64,000 bases of DNA from contig CAXBPH010000002.1 of assembly GCA_963977445.1 (NCBI GenBank), positions 1-64,000 on the forward strand. The letters are read 5' to 3'. Positions within the stretch are counted from its first letter, which is position 1, and each line of letters opens with the position of its first letter. The notes below the pieces were generated by a model. The model was not told where the DNA came from. It ran no database searches and saw only the letters and a list, made by a program, of their open reading frames with translations. Positions 28,277 through 40,624 of the stretch are shown here, one piece after another. The stretch is from an uncultured bacterium. GTDB taxonomy: Bacteria; Hydrogenedentota; Hydrogenedentia; Hydrogenedentales; JAEUWI01. The translations under genes were made by a program, and so were the position numbers.

Positions 28277-31105
28277 CTACTTCAGGCGGGAGGCCAACAA
28301 CTCCGCCATGTGTATCGGCTCCGTGTCACCCAGATGGGTAAGCTGGTGACGACAGCTGGTGCCGGAGGCCACGAGCGTCGTGCCGGGCTCCAATGCATCC
28401 ACCTGGGCCAACAGGGGGGCAGCCACCAGTTTGGATAATTCGTATTTGGCGTCCATGCTGCCAAAGGCCCCCGCCATGCCACAACACCCTGTTTCGAGCA
28501 GCTTCACTTCATTGTTTGGAATGGCACGGGCCAGGGTCGTCATGGTGCTGGCGTTGGTCAGTGCCTTTGCGTGGCAGTGGCCGTGGATAGCCGTTTTCAT
28601 GGGCTCGTCGCGAAAGGGAATCGCGTCGGGCTCTTTCTTTAACAGGGCGGCGATGAAATGCTCAAAGAGGAAGCAACGCTTCGCGATGGTCTCGGCGCCC
28701 TCAATACCCAATTCCCGATAGTCCTCCGCAAACATGGAATAACACGAAGGCTCGAGGAAAACAACGGGACTGTCGGACCCGGCCAGCAGGGAAAGATTTT
28801 TTTCGCCAAAGGCCTTGGCGACGTCGAGACGACCCGTGCTGAATGCCGGCCGTCCACAGCACGCGCGCTGCGTCAGTAAGGAGACGGTGAATCCGGCCGC
28901 TTCGAGGACCTTTACGGCCGCCTGGCCAATATTGGGTTCGTTGTGGCGGACAAAGCAGTCATCCCACAGGTAGACGGTGCCCCGTTCACCCGGAATGGTC
29001 GGGAGACTGCGGCGGTTAAACCACGTGTCGAAGCGCTCTAACGCATAGGGAGGTAAGGGGCGCTCCATGGAGAAGCCCGCGAAACGTTTCAGGAGTTTTC
29101 GCAACCAGGTCCATTGAAGACTGGCATTGGTGACCCGCGGCATGATGCTGCCGAAGGTGCCCAACAAATCCACACGACTTACCAGGCGGGCCGAAAGGGG
29201 CACACCAAACTTCCGATGACGGGCGTAGAGCAACTCGGCTTTCAGCAAGGCCATGTTTACGTTGGAAGGGCATTCCGCGGTGCAGGCTTTGCACGAAAGG
29301 CAGTTGCTCAGGGCCGAATCCAGCGACTCAGAGAGCAAGGGGTCACGGTCGGGGTCCAGGCGGCCCTCCAGGACCGCGCGGATGGTGTTGGCGCGCCCAC
29401 GGGTGGCCATCACGTCTTCGCCCGTAGCGAGGAAGGTGGGGCACATGGTGGGTGTGGGTTTGCGACATCCGCCACAGCCGTTGCACTGCTCCAGATTGCC
29501 CACGAAGGAGCCGTCTTTCGCCGCAAACTGTAAGACGGGCGTAAAGGGCAGTTCGGTGAGCTTGGAGCCGGCACCCTGGCGCAAATTGGTGTCGATGGCA
29601 TAGCGGTCGTCGGGAAAAAGCTTGCCGGGATTCATCAGTTGCTTTGGATCGAAGTAGACCTTGATCTGCTGCATCACGTCGATGAGTTCGGGCCCAATAT
29701 GGTCGTCCATATACTCGGTGCGGGCAATGCCGACACCATGTTCGGCCGCCAGGGCACCCTTGAACTGGAGCGTAAGGGCCGACACGCCGTCACAAAGACT
29801 CCGGAATTTCTTAATGTCTTCCGCCTTGTGCAGGTCGACCACGGGGCGCACGTGGAGAAGGCCCGATGCGGCATGGCCATAAAACGAGCCCACCAGACCC
29901 AGGGGTTTCATGAGGGATTCGAGACCCGCCACATAGTCCGGCAACTTGTCCGGCGGCACGGCCACGTCTTCGATACCTGCGGTGGGTTTGGCATCGCCTT
30001 TACATCCCGTCAGCAGAGAGAGCCCCGATTTTCGGAGATTGAGGATATGGACCTGATCGGCGGCATCGCGGCACATGCGCTTGCGGAGTCCCACGTTTTT
30101 CTTTTCGAGGGCCGCGAGTTTTTCTTCTACGTTGTCATAGAATTCAACAAGTAAGACGGATTTGCAGGGCTTCTCATCCAGTTCCAGGAAGTCGCGGGCC
30201 GCCTGAAACTGCAGCTGGCCCCGGGTCTGGTCAAAGAGCACATCATCGATGTGTTCGATGGCAGCGGCACCCAGATCGAGGAGCTCGACCGTCGCCTGCA
30301 TGGCGTCCATGACGGTGGCAAAGAAGATGAGGCCAATGCCCTTTTCCTGGGGAAGGGGCACAAGATCCAGCTCGGCGGAAAATACCGCTGCCAGCGTGCC
30401 TTCTGCGCCACCGAAAACTTTGGCAAAATTTCCCCCGGAACGGAGATAGCGGTCCAGGCCATAGCCGGGCCAGCGCTTGATAATGCCCGTGTGAAAACGG
30501 GTCTCGATTTCCTGGCGATGTCCTTCAATGAGGGTCTTCAATTCGGGAAACTGGTCCCAGACCTGGTTGTCTTTCAGTCCGATGCTTTCGAAATGCCCGT
30601 CGGGGTACACCACTTCCAACGAGCGAACGTGGTCGATGGTCGTGCCATAGAGGGGTACCCGTGCGCCGGAGGAGTTGTTGCCAATCATGCCGCCCAGGGT
30701 TGCCCGGGAGCTGGTGGCCACATCGGGGCCAAAAGCCAGCCCGTGGGGTTTCAAAAAGGCGTTCAGATCATCGAGTACCACCCCGGCACCCACCCGAACC
30801 GTCCGGGCGTCTACGTTCAGCTCGGTGATAGCTTTGTTATAGCGGGCCAGGTCGACGATAACCCCATTTCCGATGGCACCACCGGCGAGTCCGGTTCCCG
30901 CGCCGCGGGGGGTAATGGGTATGCCCTCCTGGATGAGGGCCGGCAACAGGGAGGAAATCTCTTCGATGCTTTTCGGAAATGCCACGGCCTGGGGGACGAT
31001 CTGGTAAATGGACGCGTCGGTCGCATACAGCTGGCGGCTGTGGTCGTCGAATCGGATTTCGCAGGTGGTGGCGTTTTCGAGGCTCTGTTGCAGGGTCGTG
31101 GGCAT
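28277..31105 (-). CDS. FAD-binding and 4Fe-4S oxidoreductase (YdiJ / D-2-hydroxyacid dehydrogenase-like, GlcD+GlcF fusion)
   Basis: YATDASIY, RGAGTGLAG, EHGVG, CNGCGGC, CLSCKAC..ECP, CCG domains. Confidence 0.9.
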   Translation of the reverse strand: MPTTLQQSLENATTCEIRFDDHSRQLYATDASIYQIVPQAVAFPKSIEEISSLLPALIQEGIPITPRGAGTGLAGGAIGNGVIVDLARYNKAITELNVDARTVRVGAGVVLDDLNAFLKPHGLAFGPDVATSSRATLGGMIGNNSSGARVPLYGTTIDHVRSLEVVYPDGHFESIGLKDNQVWDQFPELKTLIEGHRQEIETRFHTGIIKRWPGYGLDRYLRSGGNFAKVFGGAEGTLAAVFSAELDLVPLPQEKGIGLIFFATVMDAMQATVELLDLGAAAIEHIDDVLFDQTRGQLQFQAARDFLELDEKPCKSVLLVEFYDNVEEKLAALEKKNVGLRKRMCRDAADQVHILNLRKSGLSLLTGCKGDAKPTAGIEDVAVPPDKLPDYVAGLESLMKPLGLVGSFYGHAASGLLHVRPVVDLHKAEDIKKFRSLCDGVSALTLQFKGALAAEHGVGIARTEYMDDHIGPELIDVMQQIKVYFDPKQLMNPGKLFPDDRYAIDTNLRQGAGSKLTELPFTPVLQFAAKDGSFVGNLEQCNGCGGCRKPTPTMCPTFLATGEDVMATRGRANTIRAVLEGRLDPDRDPLLSESLDSALSNCLSCKACTAECPSNVNMALLKAELLYARHRKFGVPLSARLVSRVDLLGTFGSIMPRVTNASLQWTWLRKLLKRFAGFSMERPLPPYALERFDTWFNRRSLPTIPGERGTVYLWDDCFVRHNEPNIGQAAVKVLEAAGFTVSLLTQRACCGRPAFSTGRLDVAKAFGEKNLSLLAGSDSPVVFLEPSCYSMFAEDYRELGIEGAETIAKRCFLFEHFIAALLKKEPDAIPFRDEPMKTAIHGHCHAKALTNASTMTTLARAIPNNEVKLLETGCCGMAGAFGSMDAKYELSKLVAAPLLAQVDALEPGTTLVASGTSCRHQLTHLGDTEPIHMAELLASRLK

Positions 31106-31244
31106 GGTTCTACTCGTGGTGATACTGCGGGTTGGCCGCGCTCCGTGGAGGTCTCAATAAAGCGGGCTACAAGGTTCTATTGTACTATAGGCGGCGGTAC
31201 CAATTGTACGGAGAAAGCGCCCTGGGTTGCGGGCCCTCAAACGG

Positions 31245-31286
31245 AAAAAGGGACCTGGAGGGCGTAAACGTCCCACAGGTCCCTTT
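31245..31286 (-). terminator. Rho-independent terminator after the AgcS gene
   Basis: gggacctg...caggtccc stem with a T-run on the minus strand, just past the stop at 31300. Confidence 0.7.
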
Positions 31287-31299
31287 GAGCGGATATTTT

Positions 31300-32886
31300 T
31301 TACCAGCGCGGTTTCATTTCGCCCGCTTTCAGACGCCGGATATAGTCACTCTTCATCGCTTTTACCTTACCGGAGAGGAAAACCATGCCGATAATGTTGG
31401 GAAAGGCCATGGAGAGCAGCATCATGTCCGCGAAATCGATGACGCTTCCCAGACTGAGCATGGGGCCTAGAATCGCCACGAGCACATAGGCGATCCGGTA
31501 GGGACCAATGCCTTTTTTTCCTACCAGAAACTCCGTTGCCCGCTCGCCGTAGTAGGACCAGGAAATCAGCGTGGAATAGGCAAATACAAAGACGGCCAGG
31601 GCCAGAAACCAGCTGAGATAGGGGGACACGGAATTAAAGGCATCTACCGTGATGCTGATGCCCACATTCTTGTCATCTGCCCGCAAGTGAGCACCGGTGC
31701 TGAGGATGGCCAGTGCGGTCATGGTGCAGACGATGGTTGTGTCGATGAAGGGTCCCAACATGGCGACGAGGCCTTCGCGGATGGGCTCTTTGGTCTTGGC
31801 TGCCGCATGGGCAATGGCCGCCGAGCCGAGACCGGCTTCATTGGAGAAGGCGGCCCGCTTCATGCCCTGGACCAGTACGCCCACGAAGCCACCAAAGGCG
31901 GCGTCGGGATTGAAGGCCTGCCGGACGATATCGACAAGTATGGTGGGGACCTGGGATGCGTTGGCCAGGACAATAACCAGGCAGACGGCGATATAGCCGA
32001 TACACATGGCGGGTACGAGCTTGGAGGTGACATCACCGATTCGCTTGATACCACCGATGATAACGATACCCACCAACACGGCAATGCCGACGCCGAAAAT
32101 CGGCTCGAAGATGGGGTAGTTTTCCAGGTGAAATATTTCCCGGGCCACCGCGTAGGTCTGATTCGACTGGAACATGTTGCCGCCGCCAAAAGAGGCCATG
32201 ATGGTCAACACGGCAAAGAGGGGGCCAAAGATGGTGCCCAGCCAGGCCAGGCTCGGAACCTGCTCCTTGATCCCCTTCTTCAGATAGACCATGGGGCCGC
32301 CCATGACGTGGCCATCGGCATCCACCTGGCGATAGACCTGGGCCAACGTGCAGGAAGAAAATTTCATGCTCATGCCGAAGAAGGCCGTCAGCCACATCCA
32401 GAAAATAGCACCGGGCCCGCCCCAGCTGATGGCCACGGCCACACCGGCAATATTTCCCAGGCCTACCGTAGCGGCCAGAGCCGAGGTGAGGGCCTTGAAG
32501 TGAGAAATTTCACCCGGATCATTCGGGTCATCGAAACGTCCGCGAACTACGTCGATGGCGTGGCGAAAGAGGCGTATATTGATGTAGCGATAACGGGTAC
32601 TGAAGAAAATACCGCCAGAAACCAATACGAGGATAATGAAAGGGATGTGGAAGATTTCAAAGAACAACACCGGCGCAAAGACTTTGTCTACCATCCATCC
32701 AAATACAGCGTCGATCTGCTCCTGCAGGCCCACCGTGCTGGCCACCGCGGTATCTGCGGCCTCCTGGGCCTGAGCGGCGGTGTGCATAAGCATGAGTAAG
32801 AGCGGGGCGATCCATGTCCAGTGGCGAGGAGCTATACGAGATCTAAGGGTTTGGCGCATTAAATTGAGTTCCTTATCAGACGGCAT
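31300..32886 (-). CDS. Alanine/glycine:cation symporter (AgcS family)
   Basis: ALAATVGLGNIAGVA, GGPGAIFWMW, FSNEAGLGSA, PFIDT motifs; start approximate. Confidence 0.92.
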   Translation of the reverse strand: MPSDKELNLMRQTLRSRIAPRHWTWIAPLLLMLMHTAAQAQEAADTAVASTVGLQEQIDAVFGWMVDKVFAPVLFFEIFHIPFIILVLVSGGIFFSTRYRYINIRLFRHAIDVVRGRFDDPNDPGEISHFKALTSALAATVGLGNIAGVAVAISWGGPGAIFWMWLTAFFGMSMKFSSCTLAQVYRQVDADGHVMGGPMVYLKKGIKEQVPSLAWLGTIFGPLFAVLTIMASFGGGNMFQSNQTYAVAREIFHLENYPIFEPIFGVGIAVLVGIVIIGGIKRIGDVTSKLVPAMCIGYIAVCLVIVLANASQVPTILVDIVRQAFNPDAAFGGFVGVLVQGMKRAAFSNEAGLGSAAIAHAAAKTKEPIREGLVAMLGPFIDTTIVCTMTALAILSTGAHLRADDKNVGISITVDAFNSVSPYLSWFLALAVFVFAYSTLISWSYYGERATEFLVGKKGIGPYRIAYVLVAILGPMLSLGSVIDFADMMLLSMAFPNIIGMVFLSGKVKAMKSDYIRRLKAGEMKPRW

Positions 32887-33053
32887 ACTGGGGGTTCGGC
32901 TCAGGTATTCCCACGACCACATGCCGCCCCAGACGACATGTGCCGCATACCCCATTGCACTGCACGGTTATAACGCGGCGCTAACATGGGAATCAAGATT
33001 ATCCCACCGGGGACCGCTCCCGTAGTTCTATTCTCCCGGTCAAAAAATTCTGT

Positions 33054-33082
33054 TTGACGTTTTGGGTAAAGTTTACTATACT
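33054..33082 (+). promoter_or_regulatory. Sigma70-like promoter
   Basis: TTGACG-N17-TATACT upstream of the 33228 ORF. Confidence 0.55.
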
Positions 33083-33227
33083 TCATATTCGAACTTTTCT
33101 TCACTCTCTGAATCCACGCCAGTTGAAGCACCAGCGCGTTCAAAATCATTCTGGATTTCTAATTTGGAATCCCTCCTTTCATTCAAGCGCCCTAATACCA
33201 ACCCTTGAACTGCTGGAGGTGTCCATC

Positions 33228-33422
33228 GTGGCCGTGTTTAAATTCAGAGCATATACTGAAGGTAAAGAAGATGAAGATCATTATGAGAAAGGAACTGTAG
33301 TCGCGCGAGATCAAGCCGACGCCCGTGACAAATTGCGTCGGGAGCGTTTTACGAACATCAAACTCAAACAAATGCGTGGTGTAGCAGCATTCATGCGCCA
33401 GTTCACCGCTGATTTTCGTTAA
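33228..33422 (+). CDS. 64-aa protein resembling the N-terminal domain of PilC/GspF
   Basis: ggagg RBS then GTG; MAVFKFRAY...KGTVVARDQADARDKLRRE. Confidence 0.6.
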   Translation: MAVFKFRAYTEGKEDEDHYEKGTVVARDQADARDKLRRERFTNIKLKQMRGVAAFMRQFTADFR

Positions 33423-33565
33423 CGTCATCGGCTGCCCCGTCCCAAAGACCGGGGAACGATTTACTGGAGAGAATCGGGGGCATTCTTTCTTTGTACCTTC
33501 CGGGAATACCGGACGTCGGAACCATTGTCGCCTATTCCGACAGGTATCCATCGCAAATCGGCCCC

Positions 33566-34351
33566 TTACCCACCTTTCGGATTGCCGGCTGCCCTGTATT
33601 CGACGAGTGCCAGGGCGAATACGTCGACATGGGCCGCCTGTGCCCGCCGCAAGGCCCGGGCGCATTCTTCGACGGTTCCCCCTGATGTGACCACGTCGTC
33701 AATGAGGAGGATACGTTTTCCGGCGAGTCGGTCCCCGTCTACCGCGAATGCGCCGCGCACGTTATCCACCCGTTTCTGACCCGCCAGTTTACTTTGGGTT
33801 CGGGTAGGACGAATACGTTTCAGGTCTTCGGCGACGTCTGCATTCACAAAGATTTCGCTACATTCCCGAGCGAGCAAGGTGGATTGATTGTATCCCCGTT
33901 CACGAAGGCGTACCCGGTGAAGGGGCACGGGAACAAGAAAGTCATAAGCGTCCAGCTCCATATGTGCAGCGGCAAACTGACACATGAGTTCTCCCAGGGG
34001 CCTGGCGAGCCTATAGGTATCATGAAACTTGAGGGCCTGAATCGCATCGGCCATGACCCCATCATAGAGCACGGCCCCGTAGATACGTCCCACGGCTTCG
34101 GGCGGGTGCTCCCTGCAACTGGCGCAGGGAAAGTTTCGGCGGCTACCGAGCCCAACCATGGCGGTATGGGGCCGTCCACACAAGGGGCAGAGGGGTTCTT
34201 CAATTCGGGGGGCCAACTCCCAACAGGTGGGGCAAACGTATCCATTCTCTTCGGACAGCAGGCGTTCACGGCAGTTAAGACAAAATATAGGGAAGCACAG
34301 GTTTTTTGCCGCCAGTGTCCAGGCCTGTATATGTTGTCCGGAAGGTGCCAC
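33566..34351 (-). CDS. comF: ComF-family double zinc-ribbon phosphoribosyltransferase-like protein
   Basis: Four CxxC pairs; VPVPLH...RGYNQS; LLIDDVVTSGGT. Confidence 0.9.
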   Translation of the reverse strand: MAPSGQHIQAWTLAAKNLCFPIFCLNCRERLLSEENGYVCPTCWELAPRIEEPLCPLCGRPHTAMVGLGSRRNFPCASCREHPPEAVGRIYGAVLYDGVMADAIQALKFHDTYRLARPLGELMCQFAAAHMELDAYDFLVPVPLHRVRLRERGYNQSTLLARECSEIFVNADVAEDLKRIRPTRTQSKLAGQKRVDNVRGAFAVDGDRLAGKRILLIDDVVTSGGTVEECARALRRAQAAHVDVFALALVEYRAAGNPKGG

Positions 34352-34430
34352 GGTCGCCCTCTACATCCGTTTTTGCCCGTTGGATTGGCTCTTCGGGGTG
34401 CAGGAAAGGAAGGACGATAGGGTGTGTCGG

Positions 34431-37565
<3,135 letters not shown>

Positions 37566-37710
37566 CGGTCAACGACCTCACAGGACTCAGAGCGATGCGC
37601 CAACCCCTGGCACGAGCTCCCATCCGTTCCGTCTATGATCGCAGAATACAGGCGATTCGTCAACACCCTCCGCGGGCGCGATTTTTAGTGGCGATGTGTC
37701 CCTGTTTGTG

Positions 37711-38505
37711 TCACTCGTTGCCCAGAAAACCTGTCAGCGGTGACGAGGCGGCGGCGGTACTCCGTTCGGGGCCGAGTCCCGCGACATAGGCCATTCGACC
37801 GGCTTCCGTCGCCAGGGCAAAGGCCCGGGCCATGGGGCCGTGGTCCCGGGCGTCGGCCAGGGCCGTGTTCACGAGCACCGCATCGGCACCCATTTCCATC
37901 GCCTCGGCGGCGTGGGAGGGTGCACCGAGACCGGCATCCACCACGACGGGAATATTGCTCTGCTCGATGATGATACGAATCATTTCTTTCGTTCGAATAC
38001 CCCGATTGCTTCCGATCGGCGCGCCCAGGGGCATTACCGTTGCCGTGCCCACTTCTTCCAGACGTTTCGCGAGTATGGGGTCGGCCTGGATGTAGGGTAA
38101 AACGACAAAGCCTTCCTTCACCAGAATTTCCGCTGCACGTAGTGTTTCAATGGGGTCGGGAAGCAAGTAGCGGGGCTCAGGGGTCAATTCAAGCTTGACC
38201 CAGGGCTCCAGACCGGCGGCCCGGGCGAGTTTCGCGAGACGAACGGCCTCCTCGGCGGTGCGGGCACCACTGGTGTTGGGCAGAATAAGCTGTTTCGTGG
38301 GATCCAGGGCCGACATGATGCCCTCTTCTTCGGGCTTGCCAAGATCGACGCGGCGGAGGGCCACCGTGATGATTTCGGATCCAGACGCCGCAATAGATTC
38401 GCGGAGGGACTGGGCAGACGGAAATTTCCCGGTGCCAATCATGAGGCGGGAATTGAAACTGCGGCCAGCGATGATGAGGGGGTCGTTTTGGGGTATGTCT
38501 GTCAT
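37711..38505 (-). CDS. thiG: Thiazole synthase
   Basis: [45 protein letters not shown]. Confidence 0.96.
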   Translation of the reverse strand: MTDIPQNDPLIIAGRSFNSRLMIGTGKFPSAQSLRESIAASGSEIITVALRRVDLGKPEEEGIMSALDPTKQLILPNTSGARTAEEAVRLAKLARAAGLEPWVKLELTPEPRYLLPDPIETLRAAEILVKEGFVVLPYIQADPILAKRLEEVGTATVMPLGAPIGSNRGIRTKEMIRIIIEQSNIPVVVDAGLGAPSHAAEAMEMGADAVLVNTALADARDHGPMARAFALATEAGRMAYVAGLGPERSTAAASSPLTGFLGNE

Positions 38506-38883
38506 GGTCGTTCTGGAAATTCCGGTTTTGCTATGAGGGTGCCGCCCAAAGCGGCAACACAACTTCCTCTATTATGGCAGAATTTCCCCTGGACTAGCAC
38601 GAAACAGTCTTTTTCCCTATTGAGGCATCATCTCATCGGTGGTATCATTAGTACATTGCTCATCAAGAAGGCCCAGTGGAAGAGCAAATCAACATGCCGC
38701 GACATGCCGCGTCGGTTGGAGGGGGCTGTGATATGCTACCTGAGCCTTTCGGGCGTTGAGCACGTTGTGGATGAGCATGGTGGCGGAGTTCACGTCCGAA
38801 TAGGATTCGACGACGGATAGGAACGGTACGAATTTTCAGGCCGAGTTCTCCGCCAGGTTGAACAGATTCAGGGATTTGGGACT

Positions 38884-39075
38884 ATGGATAGGAAGCACGC
38901 AAGACTAATTTCGATGTCGGAAAGCGACGATAGCGGCTACGTTCCCGGAACGCCTTCCGAGCGGCTTGCAATGGTCTGGCCATTGACATGTGAAGTGCTA
39001 ACTTTGAGTAAGCAATACGATGCTGAACGAAGACTACAAAGACATGTTGCTTGCCTTATCCGGCGAGAAGGTTAA
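38884..39075 (+). CDS. Small protein, putative partner/antitoxin of the downstream nucleotidyltransferase
   Basis: 63 aa containing TPSERLAMVWPL; overlaps the next ORF by 56 nt. Confidence 0.55.
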   Translation: MDRKHARLISMSESDDSGYVPGTPSERLAMVWPLTCEVLTLSKQYDAERRLQRHVACLIRREG

Positions 39076-39466
39076 ATACCTTCTTGTGGGGGCATTTGCA
39101 CTGGCGGCCCATGGCATAGTGCGCTCGACAATCGATATCGACATCTGGGTGTCCCCGGAAAAGGACAACACCGAGGCGCTATTTCGCGCGCTGGTCAAGT
39201 TCGGCGCGCCCGTGGAACAGATTGCCGCGCGGGACTTCGAATCGGAGAACGTGATCTACCAGATCGGCGTTGCGCCACGGCGGATTGATATCATCACAAC
39301 GGTTTCCGGCCTCCGATTCGACGAAGTCTATCCCAATTCCATTGAAGCAGAACTTGGGGGTATTGTGCTACGAATTCCCAGCATATCCGACCTCATTCTA
39401 AACAAAAAAGCTTCTGGTCGGCCTAAAGACATGTTAGATGTGACGGAATTGGAAAAACGGATTTAA
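39020..39466 (+). CDS. Minimal nucleotidyltransferase-fold protein (DUF6036/AbiEii-like)
   Basis: YLLVGAFALAAHG..RSTIDIDIWV and C-terminal NKKASGRPKD..D. Confidence 0.8.
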   Translation: MLNEDYKDMLLALSGEKVKYLLVGAFALAAHGIVRSTIDIDIWVSPEKDNTEALFRALVKFGAPVEQIAARDFESENVIYQIGVAPRRIDIITTVSGLRFDEVYPNSIEAELGGIVLRIPSISDLILNKKASGRPKDMLDVTELEKRI

Positions 39467-39502
39467 GTTTGGGGACCCGTGATATCGCCATCCTGCGGCG
39501 AA

Positions 39503-40372
39503 CTAAAGCACCAGTGCCCGGCATATATGGGCCGTAGCGCGGGATTTATTCAGCACATAAAAATGCACCCCCGGCACGCCGTGTTCGACAAGATCTTCCA
39601 CCTGGCGGGTGGCATGATAAACGCCCGCCGAGTATTGACCTTCTTCATCGCCCTCGTGGGTCGACAAACGGCGCACGAGTTTTTCCGGCAATTCAGAGCC
39701 ACACATGCTCGTGAGACGCTGAATCATGGCCAGATTGGTGACGGGCAAGATGCCGGGAACGATGGGGACATCTATTTTTGCCAGCGCGAGCCGATCACGA
39801 AACCGGTAAAAATCGTCATTATCGTAAAAAAGCTGGGTAACCACCACATCGGCACCGGCGTCTACTTTACGACGCAGATTCAAGAGGTCCGTAATGGCGT
39901 CGGGTGCTTCCTGGTGCACTTCGGGATAGCCCGCAACGAAGATTCCCATGTCGGGATACTCTTTGCGGATCATGGCTACCAGTTCATTGGCGTAGGAGAA
40001 GCCCCCTTCCGGAGCGACAAATTTATCTTCGCCCTTGGGTGGATCGCCGCGAAGGGCCACAATATATTGGACGCCACGACGTCGTGCCTCTTCGATATAG
40101 GTACGCAGTTCCTCTACCGTCGACCCCACGCAGGTGAGGTGGGACGCCACGGGAATGTCCTTGTAGCGAGACATGACGCCATCCAGGACTTCCAGGGTCT
40201 TCGACTGGGTGGAGCCACCCGCGCCATAGGTGCAGGTGATGAAGGCCGGCTTACAGGTAACCAGCTCATCCAGGTTTTCATAGAGGTTCGCCATACCAGT
40301 TTCAGTTTTGGGCGGAAATAATTCAAACGACACCGCCAGGCGGTCCCGATTATAAGTCTGGGCTAAATTCAC
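39503..40372 (-). CDS. metF: 5,10-methylenetetrahydrofolate reductase
   Basis: SFELFPPKT, TYGAGG, HLTC, ALRGDPP, AGYPEVH, KVDAGAD, TQLFYD, HFYVLN. Confidence 0.95.
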   Translation of the reverse strand: MNLAQTYNRDRLAVSFELFPPKTETGMANLYENLDELVTCKPAFITCTYGAGGSTQSKTLEVLDGVMSRYKDIPVASHLTCVGSTVEELRTYIEEARRRGVQYIVALRGDPPKGEDKFVAPEGGFSYANELVAMIRKEYPDMGIFVAGYPEVHQEAPDAITDLLNLRRKVDAGADVVVTQLFYDNDDFYRFRDRLALAKIDVPIVPGILPVTNLAMIQRLTSMCGSELPEKLVRRLSTHEGDEEGQYSAGVYHATRQVEDLVEHGVPGVHFYVLNKSRATAHICRALVL

Positions 40373-40624
40373 GACCGTCCTTTCAATGTGGCGGCAGTCT
40401 ACATCTTATTTAAAATCAGGGGGTATGGGTACCCGGGGTATCCATTTGTGGTCCAACCGGGTCCCTTAGCCATAGTCCGTGCATAGCGGCGGACGACAAT
40501 TGAAGGGCAATTTAACTCCCTTTCCATGCAATGGTACAATGAAAGACCCATTTCCGGGTAATCGGTTACCCGTGCCGGGTTTCTTACTGCAATTTCCTCT
40601 CCCCACGTGAATCGGAGTGTTTTC

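Noticed and set aside
38690..38871. Minus-strand protein-like fragment LNLFNLAENSA*KFVPFLSVVESYSDVNSATMLIHNVLNARKAQVA
   Set aside because: Could be a gene relic, but it is short, has an internal stop, lacks a start and matches no family I recognise
38506..38880. TPP riboswitch upstream of thiG
   Set aside because: No CUGAGA / ACCUGAU core found on the minus strand
40373..40624. SAM or cobalamin riboswitch between divergent metF and metH
   Set aside because: No SAM-I core or B12-box consensus recognisable on either strand
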